A stretch of 64,000 nt of DNA, taken from the NCBI RefSeq assembly GCF_009914755.1, contig NC_060929.1; one strand, 5' to 3'. The DNA comes from the human T2T-CHM13v2.0 reference genome, Homo sapiens. Below the pieces are notes generated by a model. The model had not been told where the DNA came from. It worked only from the letters and a program-made list of their open reading frames with translations, and searched no databases. Made by a program: the position numbers and the translations under genes. Of this stretch, positions 1 to 12,864 are shown piece by piece. Positions within the stretch are counted from its first letter, which is position 1; every line of letters starts with the position of its first letter.

Positions 1-349
1 AGATAAAGAGATTAGACTCATCATATCTAAGATTCATTGCAGTTCTAAATTCTATGCTTCAGATTTTTTGACTTAATAAAATTCATTTCAACATTTGAGT
101 GCCCATCATATTAGGAACTATTCACTAGATATTTACTATGTGCCATGTACCTAAATGCTTTATATCTGTTAACTCAATAATCCTTATAAACCTACGATCT
201 AGCTAAAGAACAGAGTAAATAAGTAGCCCAAGATCATCCATTTGGTTGGAAGTGGAGAGGCTTAAATTTTAACTTGAGATTTTAGTCTAGAATTTAGTAA
301 CTGTGCCTGTAACAGTTGTATTATACTCTTTCCCATCCTGTCCAGACAC

Positions 350-799
350 CTTGCCAGGCACTAGGGAAACCTCTGAGAAAGTCATGATGATGCAGGAAGC
401 ATAGGTGGCATATTGGGAGCTTTTTATTTCTAAGTTTCTTTTTGATATATGTAGACAACCATCTATAATCTCAGATATGCTATACATAACTTGTTTTTTT
501 CAAGACTTCGATTTTACATTAAATTCTTTCTTTAGAGAGCTCATTAAGAAATATAGAAGTTCCACTGAATGCCAACTATCTTGCTCTTTTAAAATTTCCT
601 TTAAGCTTTCATTAATTTGCTTTAGATTTGCATTCAAAAATGCAATGTTCTTAGAAATATTTTCGTCGACTCACTCAACCCATGTATTCAAATCTTTCAG
701 AGATAAATAGCTTATTTTATCTACAGGGAATACTCATTGACTTTGAGAAATTACTTTCTGCATATTTTATTTTTGCTGAGAAAATACCTCCATACTTAT
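350..799 (-). pseudogene. Pseudo-exon (3'-most seen): ISMEVFSQQK*NMQKVISQSQ*VFPVDKISYLSLKDLNTWVE*VDENISKNIAFLNANLKQINESLKEIL...
   Basis: Acceptor tttttacttttAG at 800-801; one frame of 143-150 codons with no frameshift and 4 stops (3 TGA, 1 TAA); donor uncertain (exon end 371 or 350). Confidence 0.7.
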
Positions 800-1064
800 C
801 TAAAAGTAAAAATCTTTAACTCTTCTAAGTATCTGAGTATGTTAATTAGCATTAAGGTTAGTAAAATATAAATTCGTCAGTGACATAAATGATTGTGATG
901 TAAATTAGTATGAGTATATTAGAATTCAGAGAATTGGGAACATATATATGGGCCCCTGTTTTCATACTGACCAATCTGTTATGTCTTGAGTATTTATAAT
1001 CAAATCAGCTGCTATGATAATGAGCTCTAAACATGAATTTTCAAGCCAAAATCAGACAGTTTCA

Positions 1065-1490
1065 GGCCTTGGATTTGATTTTACTCTTCTTACAAGCTGA
1101 TCAATTAGCCTATTACTGTTTCATGGATGCTGGCACTAGACATGAGATTTCAGGATCAGAAACAGGACTGTGTTACCCATGGCACAGCAAGCAGCATCAA
1201 CATTAGCATATTTGCATCGATTCCCCTTGCCCCCCAAGTCCCATGGGGGTGAGGGAGTACGTGCCAGACAGATGCCATTCATGCAGTGGATTTATACTGA
1301 GCTTTCGTAGCAAGCAGTAAGCAAGCCTGCTCTTTGTCCAAAAGGAGCTGTTACTTCATCTCTCCAGGTTATCAGCTACATAAACATAAATAAAAATGCC
1401 CTGGATAAAAGTGTTCAGGGCCTTGAAGCCTTGGCACACCAGCCAGATAGGTAAGACCACAAGAAGCCCAAGGGGAAGTGTCTCCCAACA
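1065..1490 (-). mobile_element. LTR40-like solo LTR (ERVL)
   Basis: Minus strand begins TGTTGGGAGAC and contains CCCCCATGGGACTTGGGGGGCAAGGGGAA and CCAGCATCCATGAAAC, matching the recalled LTR40 consensus. Confidence 0.75.
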
Positions 1491-3541
1491 GACAGATGCA
1501 GTGTACTGTGGCGGAAAGGGCAGAGTCTGTGACAGGGTTCTGGTTCTTGTAGCTCTTGCTAGCAGCCTTCCAGAGGTCTGTCTGAGATATCTCTAAGCAT
1601 TCTCACAGAGAAAATAGAGTTGCATGAAATGACAAAAAATGTCTACCCTTTCATCTCAAGAATAAGTATTAATGTCATACTCTTCTGTAAACCTTCCTTT
1701 AAAATAAAACCTGCAGCTTGCTTAGGGCTAAAACTTGAGCCACAGAGAATTTTCACATAACCAAGTAATATAAATACAATATCGCCTACAAGTGTTAAAT
1801 GGATTTTTGGAAGAGAAAATTCATCACTGTAATTGTTCAGTGAAGGATACCATTTATAATTTTAAGAACTAATATAGAAAATGTGAACACAATTGTAAGT
1901 GCATGACTAAGAAATGTTACCTCATTTTCTTTTCAATAAAAAACAAATCAAGTGACTGGACAAGATATGAGAATGTTGTGAGCATTTTAAAAATTATTTT
2001 AGAATGTTTATTGTTTTAAATGTTAGAAATAATTTATTTTTCATGAATGAAAAGCTTATTCTCTGAAGCATATTTTATAGATTTTTATTTTGATATTGAA
2101 ATAATTTCTGTGAAAATGTGGATTTGCTAAATAGTACTATGTTTAGATCAGTTTGATTGGTCAACACTTCTCAAAATAGGTTCAAGATCTCCTCTTTACC
2201 TGTTGAAAACATTTACTCTCTTGAAAGATCCAATAAAGATATTTTAAAAAGATACTTGGGAAGGGAGGACGTTAAATGATTTCAGTGCACACTTAGTTGC
2301 AAAACCGCAAAGCATGGTTCTGGAAAAATCAAGCCTGCTATCATTATTGATAAAATTTGGATTCCACACCAATAAGCCTTATTTTGGCTAACTGGAATGT
2401 AGAAATATTTAATTCCAGGTGCATAGGGATTTATTTATATTAAAATTGTCCAACAGCACAAGATGCTGTGTCACCGATAGCCTGTAGAGGCAGAAGTTTT
2501 AAAGGACTTTAGTACACAAAAAAACATAATGCAGGCAAACTTTAGCTACCAAGAGTTCTCTAGAATGAGTATATGGATTCATTTGTTTATCCTTTCAGTA
2601 CTGCATTATTGATTACCTACATAAGGGAAGCCCTCTGCTGGAGACAGTCTGGATAAGAGAGAGCTACTGTTTCTGAAGGAACTAAGTCTAATGAGAGAGA
2701 TAAAATAAAGGCCACCTAGGGTGGTTAGTGCAAAGATGAGGAACTGGACACAATTACGGAAAGTCAGATGACAAATTCTTCTCAGATAGATTAGGGCTTT
2801 TCAGACCAGAGCCTTTTCACTTTAGCTTTTTTTTTTTTTCTTTCGGTTTTGGTTTTGGTTCATCAGTTGAATGTGTAAAGTATTTCCTGGCCTTTTCTTT
2901 AACAGGATAGGAAATCTTCCTTCAAGTTGATCATCTCTTGAAGGAGCTTACAGTCTAATTATCTAAAAACAACTGTTCTACATACACGGTTTATGCAGCT
3001 CCTATGCACAGGTGAAGAGCATACAAGATGGGTAATAAAAGCAGCTTGGCATTGATCAAACACTTTACTATGAGCCAGGCACTTTGACTAGTGCTTGACT
3101 TATGTTATCTAATTTAATTCTCAGAACTTTTTCAGATAGTTCAGAACACAGAAGTTAAGTATCTAGAGTACCCGGCTAGGAGTTGCCATATGTGAACTGT
3201 TTTATGGGCTCTGCTACTAGCTGTGTGGCCTTAAGAACGACTGAGTATCAGCCATGAAGAAGGATGGCTTGTTAATACATGTCCCAGGGCAATGTCTAAA
3301 ATTTCTGTTGAAGGGTAATGATTTATGTACAGTCACTCTTGATTAAAGATAACTATGCTGGGGAGTTTCTAGTCAGGCCAAGTGACCTGGAGTCAATGTG
3401 CAGTAGGCATTGCTTAACCCAGAGCTCTCAAACTCAATTGGCCACGGTGCAAGGCAGATAATCCAAACAAATGAAATGAGACAGGTGGGGCCTGGCACAC
3501 TGGAAAGTAAGCATGTACATATTAAACAGGCAAGTTCTACT

Positions 3542-3557
3542 CAGCGCCACCTGGTTG
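3542..3557 (-). promoter_or_regulatory. Candidate CTCF site
   Basis: Minus strand CAACCAGGTGGCGCTG, one mismatch to CCACCAGGTGGCGCTG. Confidence 0.5.
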
Positions 3558-3734
3558 CTGCCAAAGGAAAATGCAGACCCAGTGGTTACAGAGACTCCAA
3601 ATCTTCTAAAGAAAATGACAATCCTGACTTTTAGATGTTGGTCTGTAGGCCATGAGACCAGTCTGAGGTGCAGCTCATCAACTGCAAGTGGTACTCTTCT
3701 CATTCTTCCTCATTCATAGTTTAGGAATCTTTGC

Positions 3735-3787
3735 TCCTTCCTTCCTACTTCCTTCCTTCCTTCCCTTCCTCCCTTCCTTCCTTCCTT
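3735..3787. repeat. (CTTC)n microsatellite derived from the Alu tail
   Basis: Imperfect cttc/ttcc tetramer run abutting the Alu 3' end. Confidence 0.9.
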
Positions 3788-4060
3788 GTCTCCCTGTGCT
3801 GCCCAGGCTGGAGTACAGTGGCGCGATCTCAGCTCACTGCAAGCTCCGCTTCCTGGGTTCACACCACTTTCCTGCCTCGGCCTCCGGAGCGGCTGGGACT
3901 ACAGGCGCCCGCCACTACGCCCGGCAAATTTTTTGTATTTTTAGTAGAGACAGGGTTTCACCATGTTAGCCAGGATGGTCTTGATCTCCTGAAGTCGTGA
4001 TCCGCCTGCCTCAGCCTCCCAAAGTGCTGGGATTACAGGCGTGAGCCAACGCACCTGGAC
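3788..4060 (-). mobile_element. AluY-like SINE
   Basis: Alu dimer with Y-type positions (gcaagctccgc, ggactacaggcgcccgcc, ttagccaggatggtc) and many CpGs retained. Confidence 0.9.
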
Positions 4061-4351
4061 TTTTTTTTTTTTTTTTTTTGAGACAGAGTCTTGCTCCATT
4101 GCCCAGGCTGGAGTACAGTGGTGCAATCTTGGCTCCTCCTTCTCGGGTTCAAGCAATTCTCGTGCCTCAGCTTCCCAAGTAGCTGGGATTACAGGCGTCT
4201 GCCAACATGGCCGGCTGATTTTTTTATTTTTAGTAGAAATGGGATTTCACCATGTTGGCCAGGCTGGTCTCAAACTCCTGACCTCAGGTGATCCACCCGC
4301 TTCAGCCTCCCAAAGTGCTGGGATTACAGGCATGAGGGACCACGTCTGACC
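4061..4351 (-). mobile_element. AluS-type SINE
   Basis: Poly(T) at 4061-4079 followed by an Alu dimer with cctgacctcaggtgatccacc. Confidence 0.92.
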
Positions 4352-4380
4352 ACTATTTCAATCTATGTAAGCACTCTCAG

Positions 4381-4950
4381 GCAGTGGTCTCAAGATTTGC
4401 TACCTATTAGAATCAGCTGAAGAGCTTTTAAAAATCCAAAACCCAGGTCATGTTCCCTGCCAATGAAATCAGAATCTCTATAGGTAGGACCTAGATATTG
4501 TTGATCTATTTTTAAAACTCCCCAGGTGATTCCAGTATGAAGTCAAGTTTGAAAAACAGCGCTCTCAGACCTTGCTACTCAGTGTGCACCTCAAAATGAC
4601 ACCAGCACCATCATGCCTGTGGCAAATGCAGAATCTTAAGCCCAATTTCAGTACTCCTGAGATGGGACCTGTAGTTAAACAAAATTCCCAGGTGGTTCCT
4701 ATGAAGGTAAATGTTTAGGAAGCATTGCCTAATAATTATCAAGTGACTCATGGAACCTCGCTTTTAAGCCTTTGGACAGTGATTATTAACCATAGCTACA
4801 TATTAAAATCACCAGAGAGTTTAAATGTACCATTACTGGGTCTAGCCAAGGAGATTCTGATTTAATTGATCTATGGTAAGTCCTGGATATTAATGTTTTT
4901 AAAAATCGTACCAACATGAGTCTAATCTGCCACCAGGGTTGAAAACAACT
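4381..4950. mobile_element. Three adjacent MER5A/MER5B-like hAT-Charlie MITEs (about 4381-4558, 4563-4728, 4775-4950)
   Basis: Recurrent MER5 motifs: cagtgg..ctcaa, ttagaatca, aaatgcaga, cccaggtgattc, gtttgaaaa. Confidence 0.7.
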
Positions 4951-6799
4951 AATTGCCTTAGTTCAATTTTTTCCCATTTTGCAGTAACATGAACTTGTCA
5001 TCACCCAATAAATCTTTTTACTATATAGTCATCTGATAATTCATATTAGAAAAAGTCACTGGGAGAGTTGTACCTGCTACCAAAGCTATGGTAGCTCTTA
5101 TATCTGGCCGTGAATGTTTTCTGATTATTTATTCTAATTAAGTCTTCAGGTAGCACTCTTGAAGCTGGAGTTAAGAGGTTTTTCTGCCCTAGTTTTAAAA
5201 TAGGTAGTCTTCCTCTCTGTGGTTTTTAAGGCTTCTGCACAACAAAATCATCTAGGGACTCTTTCAGAAAATAAGGATGACAGGATGTATCCACATATAC
5301 AGTACTTTCACAGAGCCCAAGAGATCATTGTGATGGGGTGAAGGGCAAAATCACTGCTCCAGTCCCTTATGACGTAGGCCCATAATGAGCTATAGGAATG
5401 GCTAAATCAACCAGGTCTCTTACTTGAGGGAACTTAGAGACCACCAGGAATAAATTAAATATCAAATTACTCCCATGAACTCCAATTTCTTCATCTGTTA
5501 AAAAATAAAAATAAAAAGAGATAACACCTCTTGTGTTATTCTTTATAAGAAGAATTCATACAGTGTTATAAAGTGCTTAGCACAGTGTCAACTCCTCAAT
5601 ACTTAAAGCCTAACTTAACAGGGCAGGTTTTTTTCCTGACAGAAGACATTCATTTTAAGTAGTATAAATCAAGGATCTTGGCTCTTCTGTCTTCAACTTC
5701 TACATGTAGCAGTTTTGTTAATTTATTTAATGTTGCATGCCCTTCAATCATAAAACAGAAAAGTGACTACCTTTTCCTGTGAAGATGGCATGGCTTACAT
5801 GCAAGAATCAGAAGTAATCTCTAATAAGTCAAATGATCCTAGTTGTGATGAAAACTAAGGTGCTTTCCCCCCCAGTAAACTAAGCAATTCAATTTATTCA
5901 GCTATATGGGGCATGCTGGAAACCTAATTATGTGGATGAGCCTGACCTTGAAGTTCATACTAAGGTTCTTTGGTCAAAGTAGCCAGCAAGTCATGCCTGT
6001 TACTCAAGTTTAACCGGCTCACTTATTTGTGTGTGGAAATAAAGAAAAGCTAACATCTCCAAAGGGTACTTTGGAATAAACAGTTAAAGCTTATTTAGCA
6101 TGGACAACATGCTTCGTTACTCTGGCTGCCCAAAAAGATCCATATCTGGATACAAGTACACCTATATCCAGAGGCACTTCTATGCACAGAACACCTATGC
6201 TAGAAACTCTATGGTGTCCCCTCTGGGCCTGCCATGGTAATAACTCTAAATACTGCTTTATCCACAACAGCTTAACATTTCTGTTTTATTATTTATCTTG
6301 TACCTAAATCTTCATTTGTAGAAAAATAGACTCCCTACCTTTGTGGAACTTACATTCTGGTGATATGTCAACTCTTCTTTTATAAAAGTGGATCAGATAA
6401 CCTAGAAACCATTTGAAGAAAATGAAAATATTGGAGCTCCACTCTGAGATATTTTCAGTAGTCTGTTTGAAATCTGTTTTAATAATAGACTCTTAGGAAT
6501 TTTTCTCCTGGTTTTTAAATTCTCTTGTTTGTAGGAAGGCATATATCTTTTGTTTCTTTTAGTAAACCTTAGATGGTGAGATATATTGAGATATTGTGAA
6601 TATTTAATTAGAAATCTAAGGGTTTTACAGCAAATGCAAGCTTAGAAGTTATCCAATTTCGTTTACAGATGAGATGCTGAGATATAGAATTAAGTTCTCA
6701 GCCAGTGATCTGTTCATTTGGCTTTAGTGTCTTACTAAACAGTTTCCATCAAAGCCTTTCAGATTCCCCATAGCTTTGAGGCCATATTGTTTATTTGGG

Positions 6800-7790
6800 A
6801 GAACGTGGCATTTTTCTATGCCTGGCTTATTTCACTTAACATAATTGTCTTCCAGGTTCACCCATGTTTTCCCCAATGACAGCATGTTTTCCTTCTTTTG
6901 AGGCTGAATAGCATTCCATTGTGTATCTGTATCACAGTTTCTTTATCCACATATCCATTGATGGACACTTAGGTTGAGTTCATATCTTTGCTCTTTGCAA
7001 GTGATGTTGAAATGAACATGAGAATGCAGATATCTTTTCCCCACACTGTTTCATTTCCTTTGAATATATACCCAGTAGTAGAATTGCTGGATCATAAAGT
7101 AGATCTATTTTTAATTTTTTGAGGAACCTCTATTCTATTTCCCATAAAGCCTTACTAATTTGCATTCTAAAGTATAGTGTGCAAGGATTCCCTTTTCTCT
7201 ACATCTTCAACACTTTTGTCTTTTTAATAACAGCCATTTTAGCAGCTATGAGGTAACATCTCATTGTGGCTTTAATTTGTATTCCCCTGATTAGTGATGC
7301 TGAGCATTTTTTTCGTATATCTGTTGACTATTAGTATATCTTGTTTCAAGAAACAGCTCTTCAGGTCCTTTGCCCGTTTTTTTTACTTGCATTTTCTTGC
7401 TATTGAGTTCTTTATGTATTTTGGATATTAACTCATTATTAGACATATGCTTTACAAATACAGTCTCCCATTCTGTAGGTTGTCTCTTCACTCAATTGTT
7501 TCCTTTGCAATGCAGATGCTTTTTAGTTTGATGCAATACCATTTGTCTATTTTGCCTTTCTTGGCCTTGTTTTTGGGGTCATATTCCAAAAATCATTGCC
7601 CAGACCAATGTCATAGAAATGTATCTCTGTTTTATCCTAGTTGTTTACAGTTTCAGGCCTTATGTTTAAGTCTTTCATCTATTTTGAGTGGATTTTTGTA
7701 TATGATATGAGATAATGGGTACAATTTCATTTTTCTGCATGTGGATATATCCAGTTTTCCCAGCATCATTTGTTGAACAGATTGTCCTTT
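6800..7790 (-). mobile_element. Old L1 (L1MA/MB-type) 3' fragment
   Basis: ORF track shows KRQPTEWETVF (ORF2 C-terminus); L1M-type 3'UTR motifs. Confidence 0.85.
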
Positions 7791-7904
7791 CTTCTTTATC
7801 TTGTATTGGACCTGCTTTCTAGGTCATTTTCAAAGTGTGGAGGGGCCAATTTCTTTTTTTCTTCAAAAACAAATTATAAAACTCAGCATTCTCAAGATAG
7901 CTGA

Positions 7905-8195
7905 ATTTTTCTTTTAAGAAAGGGTCTTACTCAGTCACCCAGGCTGGAGTGCAGTGGTATGACCTTGGCTAACTGCAACCTCCGCCTCGCAGGCTCAAGT
8001 GATCCTCCCACCTCACCCTCCTGAGTAGCTGGAATTACAGGTGTGCACTACCATGCCTGGCTAACTTCTGTATTTTTTATTGGGATGGAGTTTAGCCATG
8101 TTGGGTAGGCTGGTCTCAAACTCCTGACCTCAAGTGATCCGCTTGTCTCAGCCTCCTGAAGTGCTGGGATTACAGGCCTGAGCCACCACACCTGG
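7905..8195 (-). mobile_element. Old Alu (AluJ/early S)
   Basis: Alu dimer with gctcaagtgatcctcccacctc. Confidence 0.9.
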
Positions 8196-8762
8196 GAAAT
8201 ATTAAATACAAACATGTCTAGAGCCTCTAAATATAGTATTTATATTTTTCAAGGTACCACATTCAGAGTTTAATTAACAAAGTCAACTAGGCTTAGATTT
8301 AAAGTTCACTCACAGTGACAGAAGGACAGAAATAGAGTATCCATCAACAAGGCAGATTTGGAAAGATGGCCACTGAGACCAAATAATGAATGATTAATTT
8401 CTAAGCTTATCTTATCCAATCTTAAGGACGGGAAGAATGATAATAAGATATTAGATATTTAAAGGCCACACTAAAAGATTATTCAAAATGTTCATTTATT
8501 ACTCATATTTCTTTCATTAAATGTATTAACCCACTAAATATATTAATGATAAATTTCTCATAATTTTGAAGTTATAAAATAACTGTATTCATTCATGATT
8601 TAATTTTGCAAGTTCAGCTCACATTTTCCAGAATAAAGATACCTTCAAAGTGAGCTCTAATTTAAAATAATTATCTTCCATATATGATGTGTAAATAGGT
8701 AGGCTTATCTCAGAGGTTTAAAAAAAAGTCACATAAGAAAATACTAAGAAATGTGGACACAA

Positions 8763-8844
8763 AATAATTACAATCCTATATTGTACAAAAAGTCTGTAAT
8801 TTTAAAATTACAGACTTTTTGTACAATATAGGATTGTAATTATT
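8763..8844. repeat. Perfect 82-bp palindrome with no spacer
   Basis: 41-bp arms checked base by base; centre tttt|aaaa between 8803 and 8804. Confidence 0.97.
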
Positions 8845-9749
8845 CTTCAACATTTACTTTAAAAGGACATATTCTTTTTTACTGAAAGACTTGTAACCAA
8901 TTTTAAAAATGGCATTTTTTTCCATCAAAAATATGAGGACACAGAAAATTACTAGGCATTTACCAAAAATAATGCAAATGATAATAGCATCAAAAAATGT
9001 TGTTATTCATCAAAAAATGTAAATATAATAGAAAACTGCCATTGTTCACAATACTTGCAAAAACAAGCAAACCTAAAGGCAGTTCGATACAGTATTGTAG
9101 CATATAAATTGGTACAAGCGTTCTAGAAAGCAGTTGGTGATTAAAGAAAAAACAAAATTCATGTTCTTTGAATTCTAGTTCAATGAATTTTTAGGGAATG
9201 AAATATCAAGAAATACTCATATAAATGGATTTTTTTTATGATGGAGGACTGGTTGAATATAAATGCTTTAAAGGAAATTTGCCAAAATATCAATATTGGT
9301 TATAGATTTTTCAATCACATTAAACAAATATTTATTGACTGGCCAAACTGTGGGCCGGGAACTAGTCAAATACTGTGGATGCAGCAGTGCTCAAGATGAT
9401 TCCTGCCTTACAGAGCTTACATTCCAGTTGGAGCTGAAATGTAGTCTATTTCATTCCATATGCTTTTTGCTATTTTCCAAATTTTTCCAGTGAATAAACT
9501 TTCTTGCGTTACCAGAAATGCAGGTTACTTAATTCTAATAAAAAGATAAACATTTGATCTATCTAAATGTCTATGATGTCATACTGAAATATTTGAAATA
9601 AACCATTCTCTGCTGTGGTCCTTTAGTGTTTTGACATTTTATTGAATTGGGCCACAAAGGCTCTAGTTGTATACAAAAATATGACTGAATATTTTTCTAA
9701 TTACCAGCATTATCTCATCTAGCAGATAGATTTTCTAAAAGGAAATAAC

Positions 9750-9902
9750 CTTTTCAATTTCTTTCTGACAAGCATTTTGAGAATGAGAAAACACATAAAA
9801 AGTTTCTGGAGAAATTTATTTTCCTCATCACTGATGCCACTGGATCATAAAAAAATCCTGAGTTTTACCTGAGATTTATACCATCTTCAATACACGCTAC
9901 AT
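9750..9902 (-). pseudogene. Pseudo-exon: CSVY*RWYKSQVKLRIFL*SSGISDEENKFLQKLF/FSHSQNACQKEIEK
   Basis: Pyrimidine-rich acceptor ...cccctactttcAG and donor AAG|gttatt; entry phase 2 matches the 10170 exon, exit phase 0 matches the 799 exon if one frameshift is assumed. Confidence 0.55.
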
Positions 9903-9999
9903 CTGAAAGTAGGGGTGGTGGGGAGGAAGAAATGGGGTAATTCAGGGATACATGGCACATTGTTGCATAATTACCTGTTAAAACCTGAGTGGAAGTTCT

Positions 10000-10160
10000 T
10001 AATTTCGTGTGTATCAGAATCACCTAGAAAGCTTAACTTTAAAAAGATTTTCATGACCCTGCATAAGAAATTGTGATTTAGGAGGTCTGTGGCTGGGCCA
10101 AGCCTATGTACTTTTATCAAGGTGATTCTGATGACATTGGACACATTAGAAAACACTGAG
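10000..10160. mobile_element. MER5A-like MITE in a short intron
   Basis: tcagaatcacctag ... caaggtgattctgatg ... ttagaaaacactg. Confidence 0.7.
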
Positions 10161-10169
10161 AATAAATAC

Positions 10170-10582
10170 CTTTGGGTCTTGAAGCATATATCCCAGTAAG
10201 CTTCAAGATATTAAATTATCGTTTTGAAATTAATCTCTAAAGAAACGAATCCCTTTAGTCTAGCTTTCAGATACATATCACATTTCTGCAGTGGGTTTCT
10301 AAGTCCTCTGCACAATTATATGCTGAGCCTTTCTTGAAGGTCCACTTGGGGAGCTTCACCTTTCTGGGCTCTCCTTTTCTGAGTCTAATAGATTTAGACT
10401 GAATGGAAATGACTAGGTCACCTCTAGCAGTTGTTTTCTTTGAGGGTTTTCCTATTTACTCTTTTCTCAAACTTGAGCAATCTGTGCTCAAGGGGAAAAA
10501 TCTTTCAGGCTATTTGATTTCCAAACACTCCCGTTTGACAAATACTAACCTGAGCAACTGATATTTCCAATTGGAAGACATT
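10170..10582 (-). pseudogene. Pseudo-exon: ...TQKRRAQKGEAPQVDLQERLSI*LCRGLRNPLQKCDMYLKARLKGFVSLEINFKTII*YLEAYWDICFKTQ
   Basis: Donor AAG|gtattt; weak GAG acceptor next to a local duplication; protein-like frame with several stops. Confidence 0.55.
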
Positions 10583-12379
10583 CTCAGAGAATGCAAAATA
10601 AATAAATTCAGAGAATGCAAAATAAAACAAAACAAAAACAAACAATTTTTGGCTTTTCAATTAGCAAAACAAATTTCCTTGTATTCAGCATTGAAATGAA
10701 AAGATGAAAATTAAAAACTCTCAGCATTTAGGGACCCCTAAATTAATGTATACAAATCCCTGTGGATCCTGAGATGTCAGGTTAAGGTCCATTTTAAATC
10801 TACTTCAATGTTCATGACCTAACCTTGGATACAATTATGAAAATGTTAACTCACACCTTGCTTCCCGATTCTACTCTATCTAATAAAGTGTCCCCTTCCA
10901 TCTTTCTTTGTTTGGCACCAGGTCCTATGGATGTTCTTTCTGCTTGCTAACTGCTTTCAAATCTGCCTTTCTTAGCTGCTAACAGCAACTTAGAAATAGA
11001 TGCTTTACTTTTTCCTGGGAGTTGCACATTTTGTGGATGGAAGGTTTTGTTCTATTCAAAAGGAATGTCAGATATTAGCATGAGTTCAGAAAACATTTGT
11101 GGGGGTTTTAGGGGTTTCCTCTGAACTCAACCTCCCTGAGGCTATTCTTTTTCCTGTGAAACCAATCCTGACTTTTAATATTCCTTAATATTTTGATGAT
11201 ATGGCATTCATAAAAAATGCCCATAATAGACATGAAAATCTGTCTCTAAATACATTTATTTTTATTTTCCCCTTATAGTTTCTTAAACATACAAATATGA
11301 ATTTATATGGAAAGTTAAAGTGTGTACATATTCCCATATTTTCTGTAAATTGCTGTAAAATTGAGATTACTTTCAAGTAATTTTTGCATGAACTATTTAA
11401 ATTATTGCATAATTTAATTAGCATAATTTAAATAGTTGCATAAGAATTATGCTTGTTATATCATGGAGACATAAGACAATAGAGGCATGTGTCATGTTGA
11501 AAAACTGTACTAGGATGAAAAAGTGAGAAAACGGCTGCACTAAGTAATGAAACACCAGAGATTTGGTTTGGAAACTCAGACATTGGTGCACTTAAATGTA
11601 CTTTGTGATTTTATTCCTCAAATAGCTTGCTTTTGTTTTATTTTGAACTTTTTTTATGAAAGAGCAATAGAAGAGATAAGCCACTCTTAATACGTTTTAG
11701 ATATAAATGTTTTAAATTCCAAGCTTAACCTATTGCCTGGCATATAGGTATCCTCAATAGATATCTGTTGATTGGCTTAGGAAGTATTAGGCATCTTCGA
11801 GCTATAGAAGAGGGTCAAGTGGAAAGTGAACTGGATTAAGTCTGGATTAAGTCCTGCCCCTATGTGAGAGCAGGACAGTAATTTCACCCAGATTCTCCCA
11901 ATCATTCAATTGTCCAGCTTGCAATTATTGAGTCACAAAATTTCATAGTTGATAGAGAAATCACATATTATCTATTATAGCCCCCCTTTTTACAGATGAG
12001 GGATCTGAGGCCCAGAGGGGCCAGGTAACTTGCTGTAATTAGAAGTAAAACTTTGCCACAAATCCTCATCCCGTCTCTTAATTGTATGCTTTCACTATTG
12101 CCTTTATATTTCTATAATGTGCAACACAATTCTAATACTTCTGAGCTCATGTTGTATGCCCTCAACTATGTGTGGATGGAATTTAATAACATCCCCATTT
12201 GACCAATGTGAAAACTGAGGAAGTTAGACTCATTCAAGGACCTATGCTTTGTAGGATTATAAGCACATTCCTCTTTCTTCTTTATGGTATTCCCTCTTGT
12301 TGTGTGAGCAATGCTTTTAAGTCTGTCAGTTGAACTATTGTGAAGGTTGCCATATTTGGAAATATTTAGATTTCCTGCA

Positions 12380-12797
12380 AATATGGCTTGTCCTCACCAA
12401 AACTCATGTTGATGTTTAATTGCCTGTGTGGCAGGTTTAGGAGGTGACACCTAGTGGGAGGTGTTTGGGTCATGGGGACAGATCCCTCACAAATGGATTG
12501 GTGCCATCTGGTGGGAATGAGTGAGTTCTTCCTCTCACAGGGGTGAATTAGTTTTCACAACCACAATGACTTATAAAGTGAGGTTGCTTCTTGTGTTTGG
12601 CCCTGTATACACACCTACTCACCTTTCTACTTCTCCATGTCTTGACACAGCACATGACCCTTACCAGAAGCCAAGCAGATGCTAGTGCCATGCTCTTGGC
12701 CTTTCTGTCCTTCAGAATCATGATCAACATAAACCTCTTTTCGTCATATATTACCCAACCCAAGTATTCAGTTATAGTAACAGAAAGTACTTTAAGA
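12380..12797 (+). mobile_element. MST-type MaLR solo LTR
   Basis: caccaaaactcatgttga ... gggtcatgggg.cagatccctc ... aaacctctttt ... gttatagtaacaga. Confidence 0.8.
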
Positions 12798-12864
12798 TGT
12801 TTCCCTTTTAATCTTTTGGAAAATAACATGTACTTCATCTCATTCTGAAACTTAGAGACAGTTC

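Noticed and set aside
560-700. Resemblance of NTWVE*VDENISKNIAFLNANLKQIN to the DZIP3/TTC3 coiled coil, or of the gene overall to EVC2-like proteins
   Set aside because: Short coiled-coil similarity recalled from memory, not supported by the other exons; no gene symbol assigned
3688-4349. ORFs of 66-102 aa
   Set aside because: Typical Alu-derived translations
8763-8844. MADE1 MITE or pre-miRNA call for the palindrome
   Set aside because: Does not resemble the recalled MADE1 termini; no loop or expression evidence for a miRNA
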